A DNA stretch of 64,000 bases, taken from the human T2T-CHM13v2.0 reference genome, Homo sapiens. A program made the position numbers and the translations under genes. The first letter of the stretch is position 1. Each line of letters opens with the position of its first letter. Under the pieces are notes generated by a model, which was not told the origin of the DNA, did not search any database, and saw only the letters and a program-made list of their open reading frames with translations. Location: the NCBI RefSeq assembly GCF_009914755.1, contig NC_060937.1; one strand, written 5' to 3'. This document shows, piece by piece, positions 13,381 to 27,230 of this stretch.

Positions 13381-14149
13381 TTCATTCTATCCTTAATCAG
13401 TCCTCTGTCCACATGGCACTAGGCCAGATACAGCCCTCTTGGCCACACTGCAACTACCTATTTACAATTTAAGTCAACCCCAAGGCTGAAATATGCACTT
13501 CATAATCAGGTCCAGGTTTGTGATTTAGTAAATTTTGAGTGAGTAAAATAAGATTCCCTAAAAACATTATTTTTAAAAGTTCTCTTTTGTTGGTTTTATT
13601 TCCACGATCCTTTCAACAGTTTATCGAGTAGAAATTTCCATTTCTGTGTGTCATCGAATAAATAAACAATGAACATCTCAAAATTCCGCCAGGTAATCCT
13701 GCCTGCAGAGTAGGCATCTTTGTGGCCCCTTTCCACAGTAGCCTTTGAAGAGAGTACGGACACCCTTCGTAGAGAAGCCAAAGTCTAATCTCTCCTACTT
13801 GCTCTTCATTCCTGCAATAGTGGAGGCAACTCCAATGAGAAAGAAAGGGTATATTTGGAGAGAAAAAAAAAAAAACAGAGAAATGGAGAAAACAGAAAGG
13901 TGGTTTTGTCTTCTTTTTAGAATTTCAAATAAGTATGTCATGGCCTCTCAGACAAATGCAATAATATGTCTTGCAACTCAGGGCTAACCCTAGGCAAAAA
14001 CGTAAGCTAGGGAAGCTCTATCCTTGGACTCTCAAGTCCTTTGTTCTAGTTCTGGTTTTCTCCCCAGGTGTCTCCCTTTTAAAGCTCAAGTAGTACCTCC
14101 CTATTGAAGCTTATCCTTAAAAAGAAAAAGATATCTAATGGGAAATATT

Positions 14150-14720
14150 TTTTAAAAGTACTAATGTCCAGTGTTGGAAGAAGCAGAAAGACATATATTT
14201 TCTCATAAAATTTTGGTAAATTTTTATGTTAGCATATTCTTTGTGGTCAGCAACTGGTAACACTTTATCAACTGCAAGTAAAATGTATATACCTGTAAGT
14301 TAAAATATTCCACTTCTAGAACTTTATCCTAAGAAGTATTAACTTATGCAAAATTTACAAGCTATAAATATGATATCACAGAATTTCACAAAAAAAAAGC
14401 TAAATAAACAAGAATATAAAGTTGGTGAAAACAAATTATGGCACAACCTTATACTAAAATATTAAGTAGCTACTATAATTATACTAGAAAAATACCTTAT
14501 TTCCAAAAATATTTGATAAAACATTAAAAACTTATAGTAAAGTAAAATATTATATGCATAAAATACAAATTAAAGAGTTTAAGTTCCCCTAGAATTTAAA
14601 AATTATCTTTAAGTAGTAGGAATACGGGTGACTTATTTTTGTTTTTTTCCTGTTTATCTGTATTTTGTGGTTTTTAAACTGAACATGGAATACCACTGTA
14701 GTAAGAAAAAAGGGCATTAA
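14150..14720 (+). mobile_element. Old L1ME-type fragment
   Basis: ccagtgttgg...attccacttctagaactttatcctaag...aaattatggcac; heavily diverged. Confidence 0.55.
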
Positions 14721-15524
14721 TATTTTATTTTAAGAAGAAAAATCAGATACCCTAAGTTGTGCATTTAAATGGTTCTATTACTTTGGTTTCTGCATGTGAA
14801 ATAAAATATATATTTTTTCACCTAGGAAAGAAACTGTTAGCATTAGAGACTGTGTGCAAAAGGATTTTCTCTAACAGACATGCTTTCAAGGACATAAAAT
14901 AGCAGCTGCTCAGAGGCTCAGTCAGGCCCCGTGGAAGGCTGAGACTTGCCACATGTGCCTCCTTGTGTCTGGGAGTCCCCGTGAAGAGATTTATATCTAC
15001 AACTCCAAAACCCAGAGTGCTGTAATCTTTCCAATTTGCACTCAGTAATATATGGCATATGTTTTTCTTACCTGGAAATGATAGACTATTAAGAAGAGAA
15101 GAAGAGGTGGTAAAGGAGCTTTCAAAGGAAAAAAAGGAAATCACCTTAGAGTGTGCTGAAATTCCTTAGATAGGTGCTCACAGTCATGCCAACCAGATTT
15201 CCCAGGTGCACTGTGCCCATCAGCACAGAGGGTCTCGGCCTAGGGCAATTCCACCTCGTTTTCAAAACCCAATTCAAATATCTCCTCCTTCCTAGCCACT
15301 CCCCTGCAGCCCTCTGCCGTGCCCCTCACTACTCCAAGAAGTCAGAATCAGAATTAATTTCTCCCTTCTATGATAAAGTATTGCTAATACAGGATGTATC
15401 ATAATGCCTTATGAGAGGTGCCTTTACAGTTTATTTTTCCTTGTCCCACTCTCCAATCTATTCCTACCATTGGGAACTTTAAGCAGAGAAAGGGCAGGTA
15501 GAAGAGGGCCGTGACACTAATTAT

Positions 15525-15689
15525 TTAGTCCCTACTATTTATCAGGCACCATCTTTAATAAATGCTTTTACTTATACTACCTTATGTTACTATCCCAATA
15601 ATCTCAAATGTGTGCAGTATTATTTTCACTTTATAGTGGAAGTATTGGACTCCCAGAGAGGTTACACAATTTTCTCAAAGTAGCACAGC
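15525..15689 (-). mobile_element. MIR fragment adjoining the MLT1 insertion
   Basis: tattattttcactttatagtggaagtattggactcccagagaggttacacaattttctcaaagtagcacagc. Confidence 0.65.
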
Positions 15690-16066
15690 TGTTGCAATAA
15701 ACTGAATTTTATCTTCCCAAAAGTTCATGTGTTGAAGCCCTACACCCCCAGTGTAATGGTATTTAGAGATGGAACTTTTAGGAGGAATTTAGGTTTAGTT
15801 AAGGTCATGAGGGTGGTACTTTGTGATGGGATCAATGCTCCTATAAGAGGAAACACCAGCATTCTGGCTCTTTCTCTTTCTCTCCCCACTGTGTGAAGAC
15901 ACATGGAGAAGGCAGCCAGAAAGAGTCCTCACCAGAACCCAACTGCACCAGCACCCTGATCTCAGACTGCCAGCCACTGGAAATGTGAGAAAATAAATTT
16001 CCCTTGTTGATAAGCCACCCAGTCTGTGGCAATTTCTTTTTATGGCAGCCCAAACAGACTAATGCA
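15690..16066 (+). mobile_element. MLT1A-type MaLR solo LTR
   Basis: TG...CA termini; aaagttcatgtgttgaagccc, ctataagagg, gtgagaaaataaatttc, ggcagcccaaacagactaatgca. Confidence 0.88.
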
Positions 16067-16134
16067 GCCTGTTGACCAAGCACTTACAGCCTGACTTATT
16101 TTTCCCCTGTAATACTGTGATGCCTCACAATGTG

Positions 16135-16250
16135 AACTGTTCATCAGTTGTCTTTATAACTCCAGTTTCTATCAGAGTAACTGGAATATAGTAGAAATCT
16201 AACGGATTGGCATTGAGTGTTAGATGACTGAATAATTAAATGATTGAAGA
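16135..16250 (+). mobile_element. L2 3' end fragment
   Basis: ctggaatatagtagaaatc...tgactgaataattaaatgattgaa, similar to the L2 tail. Confidence 0.45.
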
Positions 16251-16490
16251 AAGATAGAAAAATAAACATTTAAAACTGAATTTTTACAATTCAGACATAC
16301 ACAAGTTTACAGATTTTTAATTTGGGGCAAACGATTTCTGATATCCATCTATATCTATATCTACATCCATATATCAAATCTGTGCAACTTTCCAAGTTGC
16401 AGAGAACTTACCTGTGTGATCTGGATGGTGTATAGAATATCACGAGCATTTGTGAAGTGATTTTGCTAAAAAAGATGAGTTTTTCCTTGA

Positions 16491-16882
<392 letters not shown>

Positions 16883-17365
16883 TCAGAATGTAGACATAGT
16901 AGAGATGGATCATACAAAGAGATTTAGGCTTGAATTAAGCAGTCATTTTTACAGCAATGACTATTATAATATTTAAAGAATTTTATTCAAACTAGAGCTT
17001 GAGCCTTACTGAGGTGACTTTCAGAAAGTATAATGTGGATATATACTAAATGCAAGCATTTTGTGTGAGTAATGACAATTATGAGTTTCTTCTTTTTTTC
17101 ATCATTTTTACAATGTTTAATTTGCATATAACAGTGACAATGGAAATATTTAAAAGTATCCTATCATTCTTTGTATTAGTGATATAGTTGCAAACCTAAT
17201 GACCTATCATTTCTCGCATCAACAGGTCAGGGATACGGGCAAGTAGTGCTTCCTATCATCGGTAAGTTGGTGAGTAGGACAGAAGGGATCATTGAAACTC
17301 CTCCCAGCTTTCCCATCCAATGATTCTGTTTCTATAGTTGCAATAATCAAAGTAAGAAAAGAAGG

Positions 17366-17386
17366 CTCTCTCTCTCTCTCTCTCTC
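17366..17386. repeat. (CT)n microsatellite
   Basis: About 10 CT units. Confidence 0.85.
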
Positions 17387-20214
17387 ACCCTTCCCAGGGT
17401 CATGAAATTCTACCCCATCTTCAAAACTCAATCCAAATAGTTCCTTTTTTCTTGATGTTCCCCCACATCTTCTCCGTTACGTCCCTCAGCTCTCTGCCCA
17501 CAGAGGAGAATCAGAATTAACTTTCCTTTTCCATGAGCATCCGCAAGCACTTTGTTCACATTGCTAACATGGAGTGAATCACAGTGTGTTAAGAGAAGTG
17601 GCATTCTAGTGACATTTATTCCTCCTTGCTCCACCCTTTCCAGTCCCTCCGTGCCAGTAAGTGCTAGGAAGTTACCAGGAGACCACTCTCCATCAGGTTT
17701 AATCATCCTGAGGTAGCAATTGAGTGGTTCACAGTCTGTGTTCTTAATCTGTGCTTTTCTTAAAGCATGGGGCAGAAGTTACTTTATGTCTTTAAAAATT
17801 AAAATGGCCAGAGCTTAGCATTTTTAAAGATTATAAATGCAAATGTCAGCCCAATCTTGATTAGAAAATGCATAACCTTTCTTATTTGAGGTGATTATTT
17901 ATACTGTGATATAGTTTGTAATCACATCAAATGTTCTTTTTTAAAAAAAAAAGTGATTCTTATTCTGCCACATTTTCTATAATTCCAGTTATATAATCAT
18001 TAAGAGAACAAGATTTCAAAATATTCCTGATGCCATTTGTTCATTTAATTAGTTATAATATTTGCAATGAACAAGTCCAGTAGCGGAACTTTAGAGGGGT
18101 ACAGGAGCTTTCCTGTCAGCTTTAGAACCTGCAAGCTGAGAGTCAGCAGCCCTCAGTTTACATTTGGAGACCGATATCATCAAAAAACCATCAAATGCCC
18201 ATGACAGCAGCAAGAAGAAAATCCAATCTCATACATCCATTGTTCTCTCCATTAAAATTTCTTCCTTTCCTGACTATTCATCGAGTTCTCTCTTGCAAAA
18301 GAGTAATATGTATGCCTGCTTCCAAACATACAGACGAATTATAGATCTCAATCTCGTTCTCAGTTCCATAAATGTATTAATGTGTGTGTTCATGTGCTTA
18401 TATTCTACTCTATCAGTCAATATTTTTTAAAGATATAAATGTTGAAAAAAAGATGTAAAAAGTAGAGTTGATAGGAATCTCATAACAGAGCCATTAAGGG
18501 ATATAGCTAAAAGATTAAAGGTAAATATATATTATGAGACATAGTAATAAGGTGGTCAGGCATTCCTGAAATTAAGCTGAAATGTAATATACAGAGATGA
18601 AAGGAAATTAAATATGAAACCCTGAGATACTTATTAAGCCATCAGTGGGAATCTAGACGATGATGTCACAACCAGGAGAGGAAAGACGACTTGTGCAAAG
18701 TTGGACGAGATCCAGTTTGCGCTGTAGATTTATGCAGTTAATTTTGTCCCCTGACTGCATTCAGATGAGCATTTCTCCTCGACATACACCAAGAAAATTG
18801 CTGCATTATAGCTGTGTTAATGGTAATCAGCATGCTAATGAGCACCAGAAGGTCGTTACAGCAAAGAGAGGTTCAAAGATGTATAACCTAGAGGAAACAA
18901 GAACGTAATTCTTCAGGGAATGCAAGTGTCTTGTTTGTAGGTCATAGATTATTTGTTTTGGTCACTGCATTGCACAGGGAGTTTAATTTAAGCAGAAAAA
19001 AAATGAAGCTGTTTGAATTGTGAGAGCAGCCTAGCTTAATTAAGAAAAGTAACACTGGATAGCTTTGGATTTGTGGTAAAAAAAAAAAAAAATAGAATGC
19101 TTCAGTAAACCTAGGATGTTATTAAATAGTGCTGTCCAATGTGGAATTATATCTGTGGTTATGCAGAATGTGAGGCTTTTATTTGTATTGTTTTTTAGTC
19201 AGAAGGTGCTTTGTGGCTCTCCGGCAAGGACAGGATCAAAATATCAGGGGTGAAAAAGGTAACGGTCAGAAATTAAGTCATAGTATGTAAAACAATTTCA
19301 GAGTCCAAGCCTTCTTAGAGAATCAGGAGATATTTCATTGTTTATTTCACATGCATGTTTTGGCTCCAAAAGGTTAAGTATTTATTGACACTGACCAAGG
19401 AGAGTATTCAATCAGAAACCCCACTGCTATTGCTTATTAAAAAGCTCAGGGGCACAAATGCTGTGTAGATTTTAGGTTAAGCTAGGTAGTTCTTGTATTC
19501 CCCCTAGGAACTTCCTCGCCACCACAGATTCAGGGGACAACATTAGCTCATCAATTCCTATATGGTATCAATAGAAATAAAATTATAATATCACTTGCTT
19601 AAATTATTATAGAGCTTCTGTGTTTTTGTATAAATAGTAATTTGAATACACTATTTTGCTAATATGCTCTTTGGATAGGTTTTATAACCAAAGAATGGTA
19701 CCTTAGAAATGAACAATAGTAATAATTTGCATTTCCCTTGTTGGCTAGCACACGGAATTTTTCATATATTTCAAATGAATGTTTCTTTAATCTCAAAAAG
19801 TACAAGTAAAATGGCTCCTGACATATAGATAGATGATAGTTGGATATAGGTATATACACATACATACACACACACAGTTGACCAGTTATAATAATGACAT
19901 CTTATAATTGCCAACCTAATACCTCTCAAAATTAGAAGTCCATATTTTTTTAATGTCTGTGGGTTACCATCCTTCGTGATATAAGGAACACCCTTTGTTC
20001 TGACTTCTCAAGGTTAAACACCAAAGAGCTCAGTCCTAAAACTTCCTCACTGCAAAGCAAAAATAAACTTTGGATTAAACCAGTGTTTTAATTGTTTGGG
20101 TCCATGCTATTACCTTTTTTTAAGAACATTTGGGACAGATATTTACTCATAAAATCTACGATCTCATCTCTACTGAATAATTTGGCTGGAGAGGAATTGG
20201 TTTAAGGCCAATTT

Positions 20215-20625
<411 letters not shown>

Positions 20626-20733
20626 GAAGGAAGGAAGAAAAAAGGGAGGGAGGCAGGGAGGCAGGGACTATGGCAGTGCAGGAATATAAGAATAATAAAT
20701 AGGATACTTTAATAATTTATTAGTATAATAGTA

Positions 20734-21390
20734 TGTTGCTGAGGAAATATAATTTAAAAATGAAAATCTTCCTCCACCCAGAAAACCTCTCCACAAAGGT
20801 AGTAGAGAAAACAGTTTCATTGTTGACTAAGTATTAAACCAGAATGTGCATCAGCACATTATAGGTAATCCACTAAGAGATTGCAACAATAGTAAGGAAT
20901 TACACCCTTTTATAAAGCTAAGCAGATACAATGCATTACATACATGTTCTGAAGATAAGCAATAACTAGTCTTGAAGTAAGAGGGCCATATTTTGTCACA
21001 CTGTTCATTCTAACTTTATCTGGTAATTAGGGTTACCATCTGTGTTGGCTAAGTGGCTTTATTCAGAGCAAAACCAAGTTCTAATATCTTAAAAACAGAA
21101 GGTTTGCAACTTGGAACAAGGCGCACACCTAAGTTAGGGTTCTTCCTTCTCACAGAAACTGGGAGATAGAAACGCTGGCTCCTTTTACAATTACATTTCA
21201 AAGAGATGTCTCCCAGGTTCTAGAGAAAGCTTTCCTAGGTCATAAAGCTGACAAAAGGACTATTTAGTTTTCAAAATGATTTGTATACATTTCGAAGGGA
21301 TAAGAAAGTACAGGCAATTAGGGGAATCTCTTTCCTCATTTCAACAGGGGAAATTAAGCTTTTTATTTTTAATTTGCATTTGTTCTTACA
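20734..21390 (-). mobile_element. ERV1-class solo LTR (MER34/MER39-like group; subfamily uncertain)
   Basis: About 660 bp with TG...CA ends; motifs cccagaaaacctctccacaaagg, ccatctgtgttggctaa, cacagaaactgggaga and ttacatttcaaagagatg are shared with the LTR at 35041. Confidence 0.7.
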
Positions 21391-21574
21391 ATGGGCACCA
21401 CTGATTTTAACCCAAAATAGCACGTTGGGTTCACTGTGGTTTTAGCTACTTGTCTTGATAGGAGGGTGAGGGTGAGCAGGAGTCTCAACTGCAGGTGCTT
21501 TGAATCAGAGAATGCAACAGCCTCCCAGGTAGGAGCTCTCTGGGTCCACTTGTGAGTCTAACATTTATAGGAGT

Positions 21575-21735
21575 TCTTTAAGTGTCCAGCTCCGTGTGTG
21601 CAGGAATGCTTGGGGAGCCTGTTGGCATGCTGGCCTGAGAATCCCAGGGGGTGGGGCTAGGAGTCTGCCTTTCTAACCTGCTCCCAGGTGATGCTGCTAA
21701 TCCTGGCTCCAGCCCCACACTCTCAGTAGCAAGCA
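21575..21735. mobile_element. MER5A-type hAT MITE
   Basis: gggggtggggctaggagtctgcctttctaacctgctcccaggtgatgctg...ccacactctcagtagcaag. Confidence 0.7.
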
Positions 21736-21861
21736 TCTGGCTCAGGTATCCTCACAGGTTAAAAACCCTCCATTTACCTGATCTGTGCCTTAAGTATATT
21801 ACTTAGCCTCTTCAATTTCAGGGGAAGAAGCCCCATAAATGGACAAATGTTCTACTAGAAA

Positions 21862-22198
21862 GTTGCAGGGACATGGATGAAGCTGGAAACCATCATTCTG
21901 AGCAAACTATCACAAGGACAGAAAACCAAACACTGCATGTTCTCACTCATAGGTGGTAATTGAACAATGAGATCACTTGGACACAGGGCGGGGAACATCA
22001 CACACTGGGGCCTGTCAGAGGTAGGGGGCTGGGGGAGGGATAGCATTAGGAGAAACACCTAATATAAATGACAAGTTGCTGGGTGCAGCACACCAATATG
22101 GCACATGTATACCTATGTATCAAACCTGCGTGTTGTACACATGTACCCTAGAACTTAAAGTATAATATAAATAAATAAATAAGAATAAATACATAAAA
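21862..22198 (+). mobile_element. Short L1PA (PA6/7-like) 3' end
   Basis: gggacatggatgaagctggaaaccatcattct...catgtaccctagaacttaaagtataat with a (TAAA)n tail. Confidence 0.95.
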
Positions 22199-23015
22199 GA
22201 AATTGTTTCTTGGAACAGTGGAGACCTAGAGCCTTACAGAGGTCTTAAAGCACATCCACCTTCACCCTGAAAGAGAGAGATCCATCCTGCCCTTGAATCA
22301 TTTGGGGTCCCATGGTTAAGGTAGTACATTCACCTGGTCAACTGCTAACAAGCCACTTCCTTTTACATTTTACCCATTGGGTCTACTCATGCTGTCTGGA
22401 ACTAGAGAATAAAATAAAACATAAAGAGATAACATCTCCGTAATGCTTTAGAACTTATAGAGCAATTTTATGTTGATTATGTGATTTTATCAACAGAACC
22501 CTTTATATATTCATAGCCAGCAGTTTATCCCCACCCACACGAAGACTTAACTTTGTCTTATCTTCCACAAGTGAAACTCCCCCAGCGTTTTCAGATTTCT
22601 CATCCCCTTGACTTCCCTCATTTATACTCACTACAGTTTTTAGTGCCTACTGTTTAATTGGGTACAAATTAATGGCCATTAAAGAATTAGGCCTTATCTC
22701 AAAAATACCTCCTAGTAAAGATTTCCTTAGCATAAACACTTCTTTTCATTATGTTAATATGCTGTGTTAGTAATAAGTACTTTCTTCTTATACATAAGAA
22801 CAAACAAAATATTCCCATAGTATGCAGGAGGAATAATACAGGCATGTTAAACATTTTCCTCCTTTTCCTGAACAGGTATGTTATAAGTATGTTGATATTT
22901 TTCATGTCATACTACACTAGAGGAACCAATACTTCAGTGAAAAAGGAACCATGTTATGAAATCCTGAACTGTCTCCAAACTCCACCCCGTGCCCATAGAC
23001 AACATGGAGGGAGTG

Positions 23016-23382
23016 TGTCTTAGTCTGCACAGGCTGCTACAACAAAATACCACAAACCAGATATAGCTTATAAATAACACGAATTTATTTTTCACAGTTT
23101 TGGAGGCTGAACAGTCCAACATCAAGGTGCCAGCAGATTTGGAACATGGCAAAGGCCAGCATCCTGGTTTACAGACGGCCTTCTTTTTACTGTAACTTCA
23201 CATAATAGAAGGAGTGAGGGGTCTCCCCTGTGCCTTTCTTATAAGGACACTAATCCTATTCTCGAGAGCTCTGCCCCATGAACTAATCACATCCCAAGGC
23301 CCTACCTCCTAATACCATCACTTTCCGGGTTAGGATTTCAACATGCGAATTCTTGGGGAACATAAACATTCAGACCATAACA
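23016..23382 (-). mobile_element. MLT1A0-type MaLR solo LTR
   Basis: tgtcttagtc...aacaaaataccacaaac...catcaaggtgccagcagattt...ggatttcaacatg...cattcagaccataaca. Confidence 0.9.
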
Positions 23383-24279
23383 GGTCAAAATATTGAGTCA
23401 CCTCATCTTGGTTGGTGCAGGCTCTAAGATAGCCCAACATTTTCCTTGCTTCTATCCCAAATAGAGCGTCCACATATAAAGAGGAAGGAGTAAGTGGCTT
23501 CACAATTCTGGTGGATAATGGAGACTGGCACCAGCTGATGTGCTATTTCTTGGTATGCCATGGCTAGCAACTGCACACCTCTGATGAGAAGTCCTAAGTT
23601 CACCTGTCGGCTGGGAGTCCTGTAGGTGATGAACTTGGGGTTATTCTTTTGGCTCCTGGGAAAATTCTGCATGTCCACCATGTCCACTAGCCAGTCCCTT
23701 TGCTCGTGGAACTCAGTCCTCTGCCTTGATGTCCTGAAGACAGGTCAGCTATGTGTCCACTTAGATTCGACTGTGCATAGAACCTGAGAAGGCCTCAAGA
23801 GTACCAGCAAGTTATTTATGCTGACTGCAATGCTATTCCCTCCTAATAAGATTCTTGGCAAATTAGCATTTTTCCAGAATTCCAAATGTGAGAGTGGGAC
23901 ATGAGCATTCTGCTTTCACTGCTCCCTGACACCTACTTAATGTCAGTGCCCCCTCCCCCACAGCCACATCCCCAAACCAACCCCAAGAAGGGAAAACAGG
24001 ACAACAGCTCACTCTCCTCCTCTCTCTCTCTTTCTCTCCACAATCTTTTGGGGCCAAAGAAGACTATGTCTTCCCCACTTCTTTCTCCAGCCTGAAGACC
24101 TCTTCTACATCAAACTCATACCTGCTAAACCTGCTTAATGGCATGCCAGAAGAGCAGATGAAGGAATTTAGAAAAGAAGCCTCCATTCTTGCTGTAAAAA
24201 TTCCATTTTTTAATGCAAGAAGCTAAATATTACCTTATTTCTCTATGCATTCTGGGCAGGCACTTGTTATTGCCTCTTC

Positions 24280-24520
24280 AAATGCTTCTTGTCTTATATC
24301 TTGCCACAAGAACCCTGATTTTGTATCATGCAGCCATATGCATCAGAAGAGGCTCAACTCCTCTCTAATAAGTTTGCTGATATTGCCCGTCTGCTAATGA
24401 CTCCTGGGATGTGGCAGCCAACTTGAGACCACGAAGGGATCTACATGTATGGGAGACAGATGACACTGAGGATGGTGGAGCAGATAGATATTCCCCCAAC
24501 ACATTGATGCCATAGTCTGT
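24280..24520 (+). mobile_element. Old MLT1 (J/K-like) LTR fragment
   Basis: agaaccctgattttg, gcagccaacttgagaccacgaagg, ctgaggatggtggagcaga. Confidence 0.5.
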
Positions 24521-24759
24521 GATGCCCCATGGCCCATACAGAGGGTTTATCGGGTGCCTAATGTTTGCAACAACTGTGGAGCCTATGCACATTACCGCTT
24601 CCCACATACATCCCACAGCAAACAATAAATGTATACATTTAATCTGAACCCCAAGCTCATCTCCTGCTTGATGCTTGGGACTGAAATGATGTGAAGGCCT
24701 CCTGAGAGCCCAAGAGCCAAAAGTATTAGTTGACTGAAAGTCAGCTTTCCGTTATGTCA

Positions 24760-24915
24760 TGTAAAAGAGCCCTGGCCTCTGCATCAGAAAACAATGCTGT
24801 GAGCTGTGTTGAGGTCAGGTAACCTGACTGAACCTCAGTTTCCATATGGAAAAAGAAGGTAATAAAGCCCATTTCACCTACCTCAATGGGCAGATATAAG
24901 AAATAGGTGAATTAA
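24760..24915 (+). mobile_element. MIR fragment
   Basis: aaagagccctggcc...ctgaacctcagtttccatatggaaaa...taataaagccc. Confidence 0.6.
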
Positions 24916-25092
24916 AGCACCTGAATATTCACTTGTCAAGCACCTGATAATTTGCCAAGCAAGAGTTTTGCTAATTACATTATCCAAAATCTTCTCCGAG
25001 CTCTGCAGCATGAGTTTCCTATGGAACCCTCCTGTAATACCCTCAAGAGACACTCCCAGTACTTGAGACCTTCCAAAGACCTGACATTAATG

Positions 25093-25094
<2 letters not shown>

Positions 25095-25130
<36 letters not shown>
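25095..25130. repeat. (GT)18 microsatellite
   Basis: Perfect GT repeat. Confidence 0.97.
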
Positions 25131-25132
<2 letters not shown>

Positions 25133-27230
25133 CTGTGAATGCCCAATATGTCTATTCGCCATATTGTATCTCACATCTTAAAAAATCAAATTACTTATTA
25201 TATCAGAAATAAAAGACTTTTTTGTAATGGCTACCAGACAGTAGAGTAAAATACGCTTTAAATGACTAAGAAAGAGCATAATGTTCTAGTTTACTAGAAG
25301 CCTAGGAAACCTAGTATATCCAGCAGCAATTTTTCTTCTTATTCTCTCTTTGCAATGAAGCTGAGAATAATGCCCTTAGGTTTTTCTCACTATGTATGTA
25401 GATTGGAAGCAGGAAGGAGCTGCAATGGTACAAATTCAGAGACACTACAATTAAAAAGACTAAGGATAATTTGATGATCTTTTAACACACAATTTCTTTA
25501 CTATCAAAGTCACCTCAAATCAACAATTTTATCATAATGGAATTCAGCAAAAACATTATTTTAGGCATAATAAAATTCTATAGAAGGAAACATATTAGAT
25601 GAAGTATTGCTTGTGGTGTAATTTTAATTCTGAAAGATCTTGCTAAGAGGGCTTATTTAAATAGGTTCTCCCTGAGATGAATATTTAGGGGAAAAAATTC
25701 CTACAGGATGATTTATAGCAAAATTATATGAACAGAATGAAGGACAGAAGAATTTTATTAGAAAAGGGTCTCATTTCCACAAAATATAAATTATACCTTT
25801 TAGAAAATATATTGAATTTTATTAATATTCTGTAGACAGCCTGAAGTGTTAATCTCTACCCCTACCTATAAGACTTTCATTATGATGTACAAGGTGTATT
25901 TACCCTGTAACCAAATAATTTTTGAGCAACTCGATGGAGCCTCTAGTTTACATATCCCATAAAATATTGTTATGGCAGTTAGAAAATTTATATTTTGTAT
26001 TGTTCACCACTTTTAATGATCTGTATGTGAGTAGTGTGTATTTTACATATGTATTTGTGCTTTTTGGTATTACCATACAAGAACACATATTAATGATGAA
26101 CTTGTATTTGATATCTGAGAAAAATGTGTTTCCAACGTTCACTGTTACCGTTATTATTCTTTTGACAAATTCTTACAGTAGAGACACAATCAATTTGAGT
26201 TTTTTCAGTGCAATGATTAAAATTCTGCCTTCACTCATCTTGAAATTTATAGTCAGAGAAATTACTTAGGGTAAACTATTGAGTATTCTATTTCTGCTTG
26301 GCATTTAAAAGTGACCTCATTTAGACCTTGGTAACTAATATTTTTGATGAGGAAATTGACTTATTCTGATACAAAGAAATTGGTTATAAATCCTCTCCCA
26401 GTCCCTATCAGTCCTGAAAATTGAGGCTTCATTAGGATGGTGACTTGTTGTAATGAATATAAGCAAACTGACCACTGGTGCAGTATAGGTTTCAGCAAGA
26501 ATAAGCTACAATTTATATTCTGTATTATTTGAAAGTGAAAACTAAGAAAGAATGAGGACGAAACCAGGAGACTAAAGAGGAAAGACTAGGTCCATTTGGA
26601 CTTTTAAATAAACATGAATGTTAAATTCTCTCTTTAATAAACACATATAGAATAGAGTAATTGACATATTTCACCCATCTAGGACATTCAAAATGGAACA
26701 CAGGCTTCCTGTTTCATTCAAAATATCTGTAAAATACAATACTACAAAAATGATTATTCTCTAATAATAAAACAGTAACAACCCGGTTTTAAAATCTGGG
26801 CCTGAGTTAAAAACATTTGCCAAACCTTTCTTACACCTTTTCAAACACCTTGAAAAAAATATCTCATTGATTTCTCACTGAGTGCCAATCAAGGTCAGCT
26901 TCCATTAACATCTCCGTCAAGAGGAGAACAATGAAGACAGAGCTTTTCAAAGTACCTGGCTATTTGAAAACATAGCCTTGGCATTTACCCAAGTCTTTAG
27001 ATAAATTTGAAGTCCCAGATTTACACACATGCATAGGAGGGAAATCTCAGGCATTTATTATTGGTCCAAATGGCAAACATCTCCAGGCAATAAAATAGAA
27101 GTCCAAAGATACATTTTCAGCACAAATATTTCTGGCCAACCCTAAGAACACATGTTCAAATCTAAGAATCCACAACCTCTTAATATAGATTAAAAAAAAT
27201 TTTAAACAAAACATTAGATGTGCTAACATC

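Noticed and set aside
23424-23687. 87-aa minus-strand ORF in GC-elevated unique sequence; considered as an exon or processed pseudogene
   Set aside because: No recognisable protein family, no poly(A)/TSD, and no convincing splice-site pair.
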